Of a stretch of 64,000 nt of DNA, positions 31,833-43,060 are shown one piece after another. The notes beneath the pieces are model-generated. The model ran no database searches and was not told the origin of the DNA. It worked only from the letters and a program-made list of their open reading frames with translations. The DNA is taken from positions 5,811-69,810 of the forward strand of contig PNEW01000002.1 of the NCBI GenBank assembly GCA_002922725.1. Direction: 5' to 3'. The translations under genes were made by a program, and so were the position numbers. The stretch's first letter is position 1, and the number at the start of each line of letters is the position of its first letter. This DNA comes from Verrucomicrobia bacterium Opi.OSU.00C. GTDB taxonomy: Bacteria; Verrucomicrobiota; Verrucomicrobiia; Opitutales; PNEW01.

Positions 31833-34767
31833 ATGCCGCCTAACATCCGTCTATACTCGGCTTCTAGCTTTGAACAAGCTTGGGAAGAGTTACTCGTCCC
31901 CTGGTTTAAAAATGAAGTGCGAATAAATTGTTGCAATTTCTTGCCTTGTGCTGCCGTAGTTCCCTCACATGCAATTACCAGCCTAATAAAAACTCGCCTT
32001 ATTAAGGCTCGGCTACCTCTCTTCGGTATTCATATCTGGACTCCAGAGGAGCTGGGAAAGTATTTGCGTAAAAGTTGTCTTCCTAATAATAAAATTGCAC
32101 TACGTGAGGATTTGCTCCTGCTTATGGCAACAGCAGCTAGTGATTTCTCTGAATTTCCTGTCGGTGCAGCTATTGCTGCCGACCCAGATCAACTCCTACA
32201 CGCTTATGACACATTGCAGCATGCGGGGCCAACCTAGTATGTCCCTAAAAGGTGAAATCGTACAGAAAATTGTTGTCCGTTTTGAGAAATTGCTTTTTTT
32301 ATCTGGACTGTTAAGTGAATCACAAGCGAATCGTAAAATCGCTGAAGTGGGATCCATACATATGTTGCATCTTTCTTCCCTATTAATTTATGGTTTTGGA
32401 GCTCGTGAATGGCGACAGCGTTTTCTTCTTAGGGGAGCAATAAGTATCTCAGAAAAGATTTCATTCTGCCTACCAGAAAGTCGATGTGAGAGTGAACGAT
32501 TGTGGCAAGCAACATGGGAAGATGACCTTGGGGAAATAGAACTAATCTCGGGCTGCGAACAAACTGATGGGCCTTATAATAGAAGAGCCCAAAATATTGA
32601 GATGGATCGTCTCGAAGAAAAATCTTCAAGTGAAAATTCTATTCAATACCATATAGCAGCAAATGTTCAGTTGGAAGCTAAAGCCGTAGTGATTCAGAGT
32701 ATAGATTATCTTCTACAACCATCCTGCAATCGTCTCGGAATTGTCGTCCCAAAGGAATCTGCTTTAGCCCGGGAAATAGCCGCTTGTTTAATCCATTTTA
32801 AAATCCCACACCATGATACGATTGGAACCTATCCGATTCAATCTGAAAAGCAATCGTTACTCAATCGTTGGGCAGAATTCCAAATGGATGCTCGATTACC
32901 GCATATAATAAACTTTCTCCGTCTTCGCCGTGAACACCAATTGATTAGTGCAAACGACGCTGCTAAAATTGAGCACTCACTTAAAAAAGCATTTGATACG
33001 GTTATCACTGATGACCTCATGGTCATACGTGAATGGTTGACTGAAAGTGAGCCAATGGGTGTAGGGTTAAAATTCCTCGAAGACTGGCCACAAATTCCCA
33101 CTAAAGCATCTTTCTCTCAGTTTCTATCTTTGGCCTCTAAAAGCCTACCCTTTATCGACTTGGATGAGTTTCTAAGCCATCAGTATACTAATGGCTTAGA
33201 AATGACGATCGATTATCCAATAGACCGGCGACATTTTCTTAAATGGTTAATTGAAATTAATCAAACACCGGGAAAGACACGTCATATTATTGGGCAAAAC
33301 CCGCTAGCATCACTCCAATTACTCACCTATGAACAAATTCAGGATCAATCTTTTACTCATCTCATAATCGCAGGGTTAAACTATGGAATGTGGCCTCAAG
33401 AGACACATCCCAACGCGTTTCTTCGCGAAACGGTAATTGATGATCTCAATCTTGGAGTGATTGCCCAGGGTTCACAAGGTGAAGGACATCGAGTTGTTAA
33501 GAAGGGGTTTGGCCTCATCCTTACCGCAGAAGAGAAAAGATCTCAAGCTCTGGCACAGTTTATTAATCTTCTTGAAAGAGTGAAGATAGGATTAACAGTT
33601 TCAGCAAGCTTATCCTCGGAAGAGGATTATAGTCGATCTGTTCTTATTAGCGATTTTCTTCTGCGCTTATACTGGGTGGACAATGGTATTTTTCTCAATG
33701 ATACTCACTTAAAAACCTTGAGTAAAAAAACTGATACCTGGTGTAAAAGATTGCAAACCAAGGAAGTGGTTTGCAAATCAGATATCGATCACATGATCAA
33801 TGTATTTAAAATACGTCGCAATCCTAGTAAAAGATACGGCGAATATGAATTCAGCTTTCAAACCCCCCCTCAAGGTGGCCTCCATTTATCCTGCAAAAGC
33901 TGGGAAAAACTTCTATCAAGACCAGCCACCGTTTGGTTCGAGGAAGTGTTGGGTGTAGTGAAATCGCCTGATTTTAACCATATCATTTCCCACCCTTTAT
34001 CTGTCGGTAACTGGGTGCATCATTGGATACATATGTCAACGTGTCAGAATTTTTCTCCTCTTCCGAAGAAAGAAGATTGGGGGACACAGGTAAGAGCCTC
34101 TGCTAACATTACTTTTGAAAAAGTATCACGCGCCTATGACCGAGCTAATCGTAGTTTACCTGATTGGTGGCGCTCCTTGTGGTCAGAAGCTTTTCAACAC
34201 AGTAAAAATTTAGCTGATACCGTGGCTGTAATTAGAGACTGGCCGTTCGTCGCCACAGAGTTGAACCTGAAAAGTAAAATCACTTCTCTAAATGACAACC
34301 TAAAATTACCCCTAAATGGACGTATTGACCTTGTCTTTTCTAACAAGGAAATTTCCGATATTAATAATGAAACAATATTACCTGATTCAGTGGATTTTTG
34401 GGTCATCGATTTTAAAACAGGTCGAGAAAAAGAACTTAGTCCTACATCACTCAAAAAAGGCGATGGATTACAAATTGCTCTTTATATGCTTGCCCTCCGG
34501 GCTCGAGGCGGTCGCCGAATAATAGCAAGTGTCTTGCGACAAAATAGTGAACCAATCCCGCAAATTGATCTGAGTACCATTATTAATATAGATGAATTAT
34601 GGCGTGGTCTCTCCGCTATCCAAAAGAGTGGTGTAATAGGTATGTCCGGACCTATCTATTCTCGTTATGCCTTCGTTGGGGATTATCCAATCGCTACACT
34701 TTCTATTAACAGTAATATTCTCAAAAAAAAATGGATGCACTCTCATCCACTCCTCCCTCTACCTTAA
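31833..34767 (+). pseudogene. addB: AddB-like PD-(D/E)XK nuclease subunit of an AddAB-type helicase-nuclease, frameshifted in this assembly
   Basis: Track ORFs 31833..32237 (frame 0) and 32095..34767 (frame 1) form one gene. The N-terminal part (AAVVPSHAITSLIKTRL...IHIWTPEELGKYL) stops at 32235-32237. The rest (MSLKGEIVQKI...LLIYGFGAREW...) continues in the +1 frame. Deleting one G of GGGG 32225-32228 gives 977 aa. The C-terminal nuclease motif is GRIDLVF...FWVIDFKTG...LQIALY. Confidence 0.7.
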
Positions 34768-37700
34768 TAGATGTAAAATCTTTAAACATGGACACTATTT
34801 TGTCAGATAATGTTATTCGTCAAAGATTCGTAAATGAGCATGAGCAAAACTTTTCCGTTGTTGCTCCTGCTGGAGTCGGTAAGACAAAAGCCATTGTCGA
34901 TCGAATAGTAAATATCGCATTAACTGATGGAGAAAGGAATCACTCTCGTCTGCGCCGCTTAGTGGTAGTCACATACACCAAGCAAGCTGCTGATGAGATG
35001 CATCATCGAACTCGTGATGCAATCATGCAAAAGAAAGTGAGCCCTGAAGTTCTTGGGAGACTAAATCAGGTCTACTTTGGTACCATTCATAGTTATTGCC
35101 TAGAATTGCTGCGTCAGCATGGAACTTTAATCGGATTGCCGTCGACTATCGATGTAACGGAAAATGATGAATTACTTTGGAGCAGATTTCTTTATCATAC
35201 AGATCAACTTTCGAATATACTACCAAAAAAAGTAGAACGTCATTTTTTACGCCATACCCAATTAGAACCGCTTTACCTCCTGGCTCGAAAAATCAGAGTA
35301 AAAAGTGTTAATAAACAGTTAAATACGTTCGCCCACTACCCCGATCTTGATTTAACCTCACTCCTCCAATTTCCGCCTAATAAACGGTCAAAAGGTAAAA
35401 TTGAAATGGTTCAAAAACAATTGCAAAGGTGGTTGAAAGCTATGAGGGATGATGAAGGATTCATTCCTCCTCCAATTTGTGAAATAGGAGGCAAAGAATT
35501 CCAGGACCTCTGCAAAGCTAGTTTCCAACCCTTGCGAGATTGGCTAAGTGAAGTTGGAAGCTTTTTAATAGCACATGTATCTAACAGTTACCGAAATTTC
35601 CGTGTATCCCAAGGCGTCTTAACTTATGATGATCTTATTGATTTAACAGCTGATATTTTGAAAGATAAAACCGTTGGTGCAGAAATTCGTGCTGAGGGTA
35701 AGCATGTTATCCTCGATGAAGCGCAGGACACCGACCCAGGTCAGTTTGAAGTATTAACTGAAATTGCAAGACCTGAATCTGCGCAAGGAATCTGGTTAAA
35801 GAAAGGTGGGATACCACCGGGCACAGGGCGGTTTTGCATGGTTGGCGACCCTCAGCAATCAATTTATGGAAGCCGGACAGATCTTAACTTTTATCAGCAT
35901 GTCCATAAAAAGTTATTAAAAGATGCACAAGGAGAGGAACTTTTTTTTAAAGTGACTTTCCGCTGTGATGAAAAAATTGTTGAAGGGATAAACCTCTTTT
36001 TCCCTTCAATTTTAAATGGGAAAGGAGAACTGGGTGAACAAGTAAAATTTGTCCCGTTAAAAGCTAGGCCCAATTGTGGAAGTGGTCAAATAATTCGAAA
36101 AATACTAGAACTTCCTCAGGAGATGGAGATTAAAAAAAACCATCAGGCTATCACCCTCGCCTATATCCAGGCTTTTGTTGGGTGGTTAAAAAATCTTGAG
36201 CCCAACGATTTAAGAGCAAGAGACTGGTCCGAAGTAGCTATCCTCTGCCCTCGCAATGAATGGCTGGAAGCTCTCAATAGAGAGTTGAAAGCTTCGGCAT
36301 TCAGTACTCAAGTTTTATCACGGACTGAACAGGTTCGCACAATTCCAAGCTATGCATGGTTCACTGCCCTCATGCTTGTTATCAGTGAACCTGAGAATGC
36401 TTTTGAAATTGCAGGGTTGCTACGTGAGGTCTTTGGTATATCCGATCACGATCTTGTAACTTATTATCAATATTGGAAAAAGAATCCTGGGCGTTTTCCA
36501 CCAACGGCTCATGCTTTACAAATTCTTCATACTGTAAAACACAATAGCATCGTCGCTGAAAAATTAAATTTATTAACACACGCCCGACAGCATGCGCTGA
36601 CATTACCATTACATGACGCAGTAACATATCTAGTAGACAAAATCCACTTACGTGAAAGGCTTAGCAAGCTCCCCTTCAGCGATTCAACTGAATCACAAAT
36701 CCTTATCGACAATTTCATTACTCAATCGGTAATGGCTGAAACAGACCGAATGTCATTATCAGATTGGACCCACTCATTAATTGAGAAAATGAGTGATCAA
36801 ATCAAAAGTGAACCGGCTAAAGATGGTCATATACAATTACTCTCATGTCATAAAGCTAAAGGATTAGAATGGGATGCCGTTTTACTTCCCTTCTTTTCCC
36901 GCCCAATCGGTTTTGCCCTAAAAAACTACCCACAACTCTTTTATTTAAAAGGGGAAAATCGGTCTTTGTTAGCAATCGATAAGCACCACGAACACGAAAG
37001 TTATAAAATTCAAGCAGAAAGAGAAAAAGAAAAGGAATTAGACCGTTTACTCTATGTATCAATGACTCGTGCCCGAAAAACACTTGTGCTATTTAACGAT
37101 GAAGTCTTTTTCTCTTCGAACAAATCTTCCTTTACTGAACGGCTTAAGATTTCCTTTGGTAAAACAAATAATAAAATCTGGACTAATCTACCAAAATCTA
37201 ATCACCCAGAAACTAGGGGAAAAAGAGCGCCTGCCCCTACCTTTTCCGAAAAAATCAAAGATATTACTACTTCTTTAGACTTGGCACGAAACCACGCTCA
37301 GGGGAAATTTAACCGGGTAACCCCTCATAGCTTAGTTAAATCCGTTTCAGCTTTAATTACCGATCGCAATGAACCGGAAATAATATTAGGTCATGAATTT
37401 TCTGAAAAATCGTTACTATCTTCAGCTACTGAATATGGAAATTGGTGGCATAAGATGATGGAAATTAACCACTGGGAACAAGATATTGTAAGCTGGAAAA
37501 ATCATTGTTCCCTAAATGTGAAGTCTACTGTCTGCCCATCATCCGAGAGAGGAAAGAAAGAAATTGATTTGTTTTTTAAATCCGACCTTGTTGAACAATT
37601 GTTGGTTTCTAAATATAAGATTTTTACTGAAGCGCCACTTTTATGGAGTCTTGATAATATCACCGTCTATGAAGGTCTTATCGACTTTGTTGCTTATGAT

Positions 37701-37901
37701 CTCAAAAAAGAACAATGGATTATTATTGATTGGAAAACACATCAAATAGCAGGTCCCGAAATGACCACTAAATTGTACGAACAATTTAAACCACAAATTG
37801 ATGCCTATGCTAGTGCTCTTAGGCATATATATTGTCAACCAGTAAGTGCCTACCTCTATCCAACAGCACTTGGTCAGTTGATAGAAATCAATAAAAGCTG
37901 A
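34731..37901 (+). CDS. addA: AddA-like UvrD/REP superfamily-1 helicase with C-terminal PD-(D/E)XK nuclease domain
   Basis: 1056 aa. Walker A APAGVGKTKA, motif II VILDEAQDT, GDPQQSIYG, CHKAKGLEWD and YVSMTRAR. The C-terminal nuclease motif is LIDFVAYD...IIIDWKTH...QIDAYA. An alternative start at 34788 avoids overlap with the upstream gene. Confidence 0.8.
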   Translation: MDALSSTPPSTLIDVKSLNMDTILSDNVIRQRFVNEHEQNFSVVAPAGVGKTKAIVDRIVNIALTDGERNHSRLRRLVVVTYTKQAADEMHHRTRDAIMQKKVSPEVLGRLNQVYFGTIHSYCLELLRQHGTLIGLPSTIDVTENDELLWSRFLYHTDQLSNILPKKVERHFLRHTQLEPLYLLARKIRVKSVNKQLNTFAHYPDLDLTSLLQFPPNKRSKGKIEMVQKQLQRWLKAMRDDEGFIPPPICEIGGKEFQDLCKASFQPLRDWLSEVGSFLIAHVSNSYRNFRVSQGVLTYDDLIDLTADILKDKTVGAEIRAEGKHVILDEAQDTDPGQFEVLTEIARPESAQGIWLKKGGIPPGTGRFCMVGDPQQSIYGSRTDLNFYQHVHKKLLKDAQGEELFFKVTFRCDEKIVEGINLFFPSILNGKGELGEQVKFVPLKARPNCGSGQIIRKILELPQEMEIKKNHQAITLAYIQAFVGWLKNLEPNDLRARDWSEVAILCPRNEWLEALNRELKASAFSTQVLSRTEQVRTIPSYAWFTALMLVISEPENAFEIAGLLREVFGISDHDLVTYYQYWKKNPGRFPPTAHALQILHTVKHNSIVAEKLNLLTHARQHALTLPLHDAVTYLVDKIHLRERLSKLPFSDSTESQILIDNFITQSVMAETDRMSLSDWTHSLIEKMSDQIKSEPAKDGHIQLLSCHKAKGLEWDAVLLPFFSRPIGFALKNYPQLFYLKGENRSLLAIDKHHEHESYKIQAEREKEKELDRLLYVSMTRARKTLVLFNDEVFFSSNKSSFTERLKISFGKTNNKIWTNLPKSNHPETRGKRAPAPTFSEKIKDITTSLDLARNHAQGKFNRVTPHSLVKSVSALITDRNEPEIILGHEFSEKSLLSSATEYGNWWHKMMEINHWEQDIVSWKNHCSLNVKSTVCPSSERGKKEIDLFFKSDLVEQLLVSKYKIFTEAPLLWSLDNITVYEGLIDFVAYDLKKEQWIIIDWKTHQIAGPEMTTKLYEQFKPQIDAYASALRHIYCQPVSAYLYPTALGQLIEINKS

Positions 37902-37959
37902 AATCTATCTAAGGCTAAAAAAGACCTTTTCAGATCCTGAATAAATTTAAATTCACCCC

Positions 37960-39573
37960 ATGAATACAGTTTTATACTTAAATGCTTACCTTCGATGCAT
38001 GTCTGGGTTTATTATCATATTCTTGCAGATTTTTATACTTGGTGGGTGTTCCCAAATCGATGAATCCGTATCACCACCCAATACTTTTGTCTTCGGTAGA
38101 GGCAGTGATGCACAAAAACTCGACCCAGCGGATATTGATGATGGGGAATCGGTCAATACTCTCGCCCAGATATGTGAAGGTCTTGTTCGCTTTAAAAGCG
38201 GCACTCTTGATATTCAGCCTTGGTTAGCTCGATCCTATACGATCTCAAAGGATGGGCTAACCTACACCTTTGAATTACGTGAGGGAGTTAGATTTCATGA
38301 CGGGACACCTCTCAATGCAGAAACCGCACTTTTCACTTTCAAGCGACAATTGGATAATAGTCATCCGGCTCATTTTTCAAAAGCCAGTTTCCAGTATTGG
38401 AAAAATCTATTTCAAGAAATTAAGACTGTACGTGCAATAGGTCCCATGAGCCTCGAATTTAAACTCAGTGAACCCAATGCTTCCATTCTTTATTCTCTTG
38501 CGACATTCCCCGCCTGGCTCATAAGCCCTATGGCCTTTGAGTCCCATGGAGAAGCAATTGTACGTCGACCAATAGGGACCGGCCCCTACCGTTTCTTAGA
38601 CTGGAAACCTAACCAGGCGATAATCCTTGAGAAAAATCAGGATTATTGGGGTTCAGAAGCAGGGTTTGAACGTCTTATTATGCGCACTATTCCCGATAAT
38701 ACGTTACGTCTCTTAGAACTTAAAGCGGGAAAGATTCATGCACTTGACGGATTACAACCCGCAGAGTTAACGGAATTGGATGACAATAGGAAGTTTACTA
38801 TCCACACTCAACCCGGAATGAATATAGGGTATCTGGCTTTCAGTAGTTACGCCAAACGTCTTCGCTCTCCAGCTATTAGACATGCGATCGCTATGGCAAT
38901 TGATCGTAAGGCAATTGTAGATCTCGCGCTTGATGGTTTCGCGAAAGTCGCTGAATATCCAATCCCACCAGGGTTTCTTGGGGAACCTATTAATAGCCGA
39001 CCTCCCATTATTCACGATCCGGAAGCTGCACGTAAAATCTTGAATAAATATCCGAAGTTACTTGAACAACCTATCGAGCTTCATACTTTTACTGCACCAC
39101 GCCCTTATTTCCCAGATCCTTTGATAATCGCTTCTCTGATTCGCAGTGACCTCGAAAACGTAAACTTAAAGGTCGAGATTATCTCACGAGATTTTAAAAG
39201 CCATCTTATCACGGCACGACAGGGAAACTTCGAACTCGCGCTCCTCGGTTGGTCTGGAGATAATGGTGATCCTGACAACTTTCTTGCAACATTTTTCGCC
39301 AGCTGGGCTGCAGTGGCAGGTTCAGCGACAAATATATCTTTTTATAAAAACAAGGACATGGATAATTTACTTATTACCGGCCGTCAACAGACAGATTTAA
39401 AGCAACGACAGAAAACCTATAGACAAGCACTAATGATCTGGGCTCGAGATCTTCCACTTATTCCCCTTATTCATACTAAGCAAATCGTTGTCACACGATC
39501 TGAGGTAACAGGGTTTCAACTTCAAAAAACAGCTAATTTGTTTTTTGGTCCCATCAGTTGGCAATCACTTTAA
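37960..39573 (+). CDS. ABC transporter substrate-binding lipoprotein, family 5 (peptide/nickel type)
   Basis: 537 aa. Lipobox ILGGC after a hydrophobic leader. Family-5 core: FVFGRGSDAQKLDPA, GTGPYRF, and W...GDNGDPDNFL. Confidence 0.85.
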   Translation: MNTVLYLNAYLRCMSGFIIIFLQIFILGGCSQIDESVSPPNTFVFGRGSDAQKLDPADIDDGESVNTLAQICEGLVRFKSGTLDIQPWLARSYTISKDGLTYTFELREGVRFHDGTPLNAETALFTFKRQLDNSHPAHFSKASFQYWKNLFQEIKTVRAIGPMSLEFKLSEPNASILYSLATFPAWLISPMAFESHGEAIVRRPIGTGPYRFLDWKPNQAIILEKNQDYWGSEAGFERLIMRTIPDNTLRLLELKAGKIHALDGLQPAELTELDDNRKFTIHTQPGMNIGYLAFSSYAKRLRSPAIRHAIAMAIDRKAIVDLALDGFAKVAEYPIPPGFLGEPINSRPPIIHDPEAARKILNKYPKLLEQPIELHTFTAPRPYFPDPLIIASLIRSDLENVNLKVEIISRDFKSHLITARQGNFELALLGWSGDNGDPDNFLATFFASWAAVAGSATNISFYKNKDMDNLLITGRQQTDLKQRQKTYRQALMIWARDLPLIPLIHTKQIVVTRSEVTGFQLQKTANLFFGPISWQSL

Positions 39574-39620
39574 GAATTAAAATTTAATTAGGCTGCAGTT
39601 TTACCTTCCTAACCCTTATC

Positions 39621-40661
39621 ATGATTGTAGCTAATGTACATAAGTTTAAAGTTTTTTTAATCGAATGCTTGCATAAAGGGATAATGTTAATACTCGTTTT
39701 TGTTATTGCGAGTGTGGTCATTTTTACTGCTGTTAATCTTATCCCTGGAGATCCAGTCTCCCTCCGCCTAAAAAACCCTGATCCTACAAGGGTGGCTGCA
39801 ATACGAACAGAATTAGGACTGAACAAACCTTTACCTCATCAATACTTTTATTATGTTATAAGTTTTGTACAGGGCAACTGGGGCAAAAGCTTAATTACTG
39901 GACAAAAAGTTCGAGAAGAGATCTCTACGTATTTTCCCGCTACTATAGAATTAGCACTCATCGCTTTATTTCTAGGTGTTATTTTGGGCCTTGGCGTAAC
40001 ATTAAGTACCCAATGCTTTAAGTCAACTTTATGGCGCAATACTGCGTTCAGCTTAGGAGCATTAGGCCTCACAGTGCCTATTTTCTGGTTGGGCTTTATG
40101 TTCATAGTTATTGGGAGTTTGTGGTTAGGCTGGTTCCCCAGTGGAGGGCGTTTTGATTTTACTCTTCCAGTTCCCCAGGGTAGTGGATTTTTAATTTTTG
40201 ATTCCCTGGCTGCTGGACGTTTGGATTTGTTATGTGTCACTTACCAGTATCTCGCCTTGCCAGTATTTTGTCTTTCACTTTACCCAGCGGCATTGGTTTG
40301 TAATGTTCTAAAAACACGTTTTGCTGATCCACGCTTGGACACCTTAATTCGTGCTCTAAGGGCCAAAGGGCTTAGTGAATCGCGTATTTGGCTTATTCAT
40401 ATTCTTCGGCTACTTAGTGCTCCAGTGATCACTGTCATCGGTACTAATTTCGGTACCCTTCTTTGTGGAGCAGTACTCACAGAATCTGTGTTTTCCTGGC
40501 CTGGCATGGGCCGTTACCTAATAGAAGCGGTGTTGAACCGTGACCTCTTTGTCATCGAGAATGGCCTGCTTTTAATTATCATATTAGCTTTTTTGATTAT
40601 CAGCACTGCAGATTTACTAGCATTTCGTTTGAATCCAACGATGAAGAGCCTTTCCGATTAA
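39621..40661 (+). CDS. ABC transporter permease (DppB/OppB-like)
   Basis: 346 aa. N-terminal NLIPGDPV motif and multiple TM segments. Follows the binding protein. Confidence 0.85.
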   Translation: MIVANVHKFKVFLIECLHKGIMLILVFVIASVVIFTAVNLIPGDPVSLRLKNPDPTRVAAIRTELGLNKPLPHQYFYYVISFVQGNWGKSLITGQKVREEISTYFPATIELALIALFLGVILGLGVTLSTQCFKSTLWRNTAFSLGALGLTVPIFWLGFMFIVIGSLWLGWFPSGGRFDFTLPVPQGSGFLIFDSLAAGRLDLLCVTYQYLALPVFCLSLYPAALVCNVLKTRFADPRLDTLIRALRAKGLSESRIWLIHILRLLSAPVITVIGTNFGTLLCGAVLTESVFSWPGMGRYLIEAVLNRDLFVIENGLLLIIILAFLIISTADLLAFRLNPTMKSLSD

Positions 40662-40667
40662 AAAAGC

Positions 40668-41447
40668 ATGAGTCGTTTAACTACAATTTTTGAATACGCA
40701 TCATGGGGTGCTCTGTGCTTATCGCTTACAGGTTTACTCTACACCCCTTATAATCCAATGGAGCAAGATTTTAGAAGCCTGGCTTTTTCTAGTGCCAGCT
40801 CTGCTCACTGGTTCGGAATCGATGGACTAGGTCGCGACTTCGGCAGTCGTCTTTGGCGTGGTTCAGGTAATACCATTGCTATGGCATTAATGGCTTTGTC
40901 TTTAAACTTTATTATCGGATTGGTTCTTCTCTCCATTGAACAGCGAGGCCCTCGAGTATTACAGCGCATTATTCTACTAGGAATTGGGGTTTGGGTAGCA
41001 GTCCCTGTGCTCCTTATTGGCCTCGTAATCATGGTCTTTCTTAAACCTTCCGTTGTAACACTCATTATTGCTGTTTCACTAGGAAACGTGCCTTTAGTTT
41101 TTCGACAACTACGTATTCTTTGGATCGAGCAACGTAATGCGCTCTATGTTCTGGCCACTGAAACCTTAGGGGCTGGGCGACGGCATCTTTTGTTATATAC
41201 ATTATGGCCCAATCTGAGACCAGACCTTATGGGTCTTGCCAAACTCATCTTAGCTATCAGCATTCTTGAACTAAGTGGATTAGCTTTTCTTGGTCTTATT
41301 GGAGATCCAGATTTTCCAGAACTTGGCGCTATTCTCAAGCAAAATCAGTCTTATCTTTTTCGTAACCCAATGCTTGTTGCCTGGCCTGGATTAATTCTCA
41401 GTACCCTTCTTTTCCTAGTACATTTATCCAAATCGCGATCGTATTAA
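40668..41447 (+). CDS. ABC transporter permease (DppC/OppC-like)
   Basis: 259 aa. HWFGIDGLGRD N-terminal motif typical of the second permease. Starts 6 nt after the first permease. Confidence 0.85.
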   Translation: MSRLTTIFEYASWGALCLSLTGLLYTPYNPMEQDFRSLAFSSASSAHWFGIDGLGRDFGSRLWRGSGNTIAMALMALSLNFIIGLVLLSIEQRGPRVLQRIILLGIGVWVAVPVLLIGLVIMVFLKPSVVTLIIAVSLGNVPLVFRQLRILWIEQRNALYVLATETLGAGRRHLLLYTLWPNLRPDLMGLAKLILAISILELSGLAFLGLIGDPDFPELGAILKQNQSYLFRNPMLVAWPGLILSTLLFLVHLSKSRSY

Positions 41448-41537
41448 TTAATCTAACCTGATGTACTAGATAAAAATCAGTTTAAACTTTGCCTGAATAT
41501 CTCTTTTCCACTCAATCTTTACGTACAGGGAGTGACA

Positions 41538-41918
41538 TTAATCATTTTCAAGTAATTCTATTTCGTACCCGTCAGGATCGTCGACAAAAGCCATTTTTAA
41601 TCCTGAGGGAAATTGCTCACGCCAGCCGTCAGGCCAGATATCAATTCCTGCCTTCTCCAATTTATCACAGTAAGCAATCAGATCTGGAACTCCGAGTGCA
41701 AAATGCATCAGGTCATCAGGAACTTTTACCACATAATTAGGAGAATAAGTTAATTCCAAAGTATGGGCATTCCCGGGAAGTTCCAGATGTACGATTTGAT
41801 TACCAGCGGGTGATTTCTCAGATCGACTTTTCACTTGAAACTCAAAATTATCACAATAAAATTTAATTGATTTTTCCAAATCACTTACTCGAACCCGAGT
41901 GTGTAAAAATAATGTCAT
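41538..41918 (-). CDS. gloA: lactoylglutathione lyase / glyoxalase I (VOC family)
   Basis: 126 aa. HTRVRVSDLEKSIKFY, LELTYSPNY, HFALGV and DPDGYEIELL match small glyoxalase I proteins. Confidence 0.75.
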   Translation of the reverse strand: MTLFLHTRVRVSDLEKSIKFYCDNFEFQVKSRSEKSPAGNQIVHLELPGNAHTLELTYSPNYVVKVPDDLMHFALGVPDLIAYCDKLEKAGIDIWPDGWREQFPSGLKMAFVDDPDGYEIELLEND

Positions 41919-42008
41919 AAGTTAAACCTTTCTTTTATTATAATCATAAATTATGCACTGGCATTTATAGAAATTAAGTCCAGTCTTTAAAAGCAACAAA
42001 AAAATTAA

Positions 42009-42959
42009 ATGGTGAATGATAATTTCAAGTATACTAACTCTAAATCACTTCTTTTCCGTCAGCTGTCTTGGAATGATATTGATCCGATCTACTTACAACA
42101 ACTTATCCTTCTAGCCAAAGAGGAAGATTTTGAGGGTTCAGGATTAGCGACATTACCAAAAGTGGTTGGTGATGTATCGACTAATAGCCTTAATTTGAAC
42201 GATAATCTTGAAAGTGAAGCATCAATCGTAGCTAATTCGGAATTAATTATAGCTGGTCTACCTCTTGTCCCTATCGTTCTTAATACTTATGGTGATGGTT
42301 GCATCTTTAATCAGAGAGTTAGAGAAGGGTCTCGAGTTGCTAAAAATGAAATTCTCGCTTCTATAACTGGTCCTGCCAATACGATACTCCAGGCTGAACG
42401 GGTGTTATTAAATTTTATTCAACACCTATCCGGAATTGCCACACTCACTTCAGACTTTGTTGCAGCTCTTGGAAACAGTAAAACACGACTCTTGGATACA
42501 AGAAAAACAACACCTGGTTTTCGAGTCCTAGAAAAATATGCCGTCGCGCGTGGTGGAGCATGGAACCATCGGATGGGACTTTTCCATTGGATTTTACTTA
42601 AAGACAACCATTTGGCCGTCTCCGGAGTAAATGCTGGTCATGCATTAACGGAGTTGATATCCCGAGTACGTAAAAATTCCAAAAATCTAATAATCGAAGT
42701 TGAAGTCGATAACCTTGAACAAATCGATCCAGTATTAGAAGCGGGAACAGATATAATTCTATTTGATAATTTCAGTGTTACCGAACTGGATGAAGCTGTT
42801 AAAATAGTTGGTGACCGTGCTATTAAAGAAGCGAGTGGTGGTATTTTTTTTGAAAAGTTACCTCAAATCTCCAATCTAGGACTCGATTTTATTTCCCTTG
42901 GAGCTTTAACCTATCAAAGTACATGGATGGATATTAGTTTGGATTGGAAGCTGATTTAA
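42009..42959 (+). CDS. nadC: nicotinate-nucleotide pyrophosphorylase (carboxylating)
   Basis: 316 aa. AERVLLNFIQHLSGIAT, LLDTRKTTPGFR, KDNH and ASGGI motifs. Confidence 0.9.
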   Translation: MVNDNFKYTNSKSLLFRQLSWNDIDPIYLQQLILLAKEEDFEGSGLATLPKVVGDVSTNSLNLNDNLESEASIVANSELIIAGLPLVPIVLNTYGDGCIFNQRVREGSRVAKNEILASITGPANTILQAERVLLNFIQHLSGIATLTSDFVAALGNSKTRLLDTRKTTPGFRVLEKYAVARGGAWNHRMGLFHWILLKDNHLAVSGVNAGHALTELISRVRKNSKNLIIEVEVDNLEQIDPVLEAGTDIILFDNFSVTELDEAVKIVGDRAIKEASGGIFFEKLPQISNLGLDFISLGALTYQSTWMDISLDWKLI

Positions 42960-43060
42960 GATTGCCGAGGACAGGTTTTACTTAAATAATTTAACCTAAT
43001 TGCTTGTATTAGTATTAATCAGTTTCCCCTTAGGAAGTAAAATATTCCTAGTTTTAGCAT

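Noticed and set aside
32095-32238. The N-terminal 48 codons of track ORF 32095..34767 (MHYVRICSCLWQQQL...).
   Set aside because: This stretch overlaps, out of frame, the family-typical sequence of ORF 31833..32237. It is explained by the frameshift join at 32225-32228.
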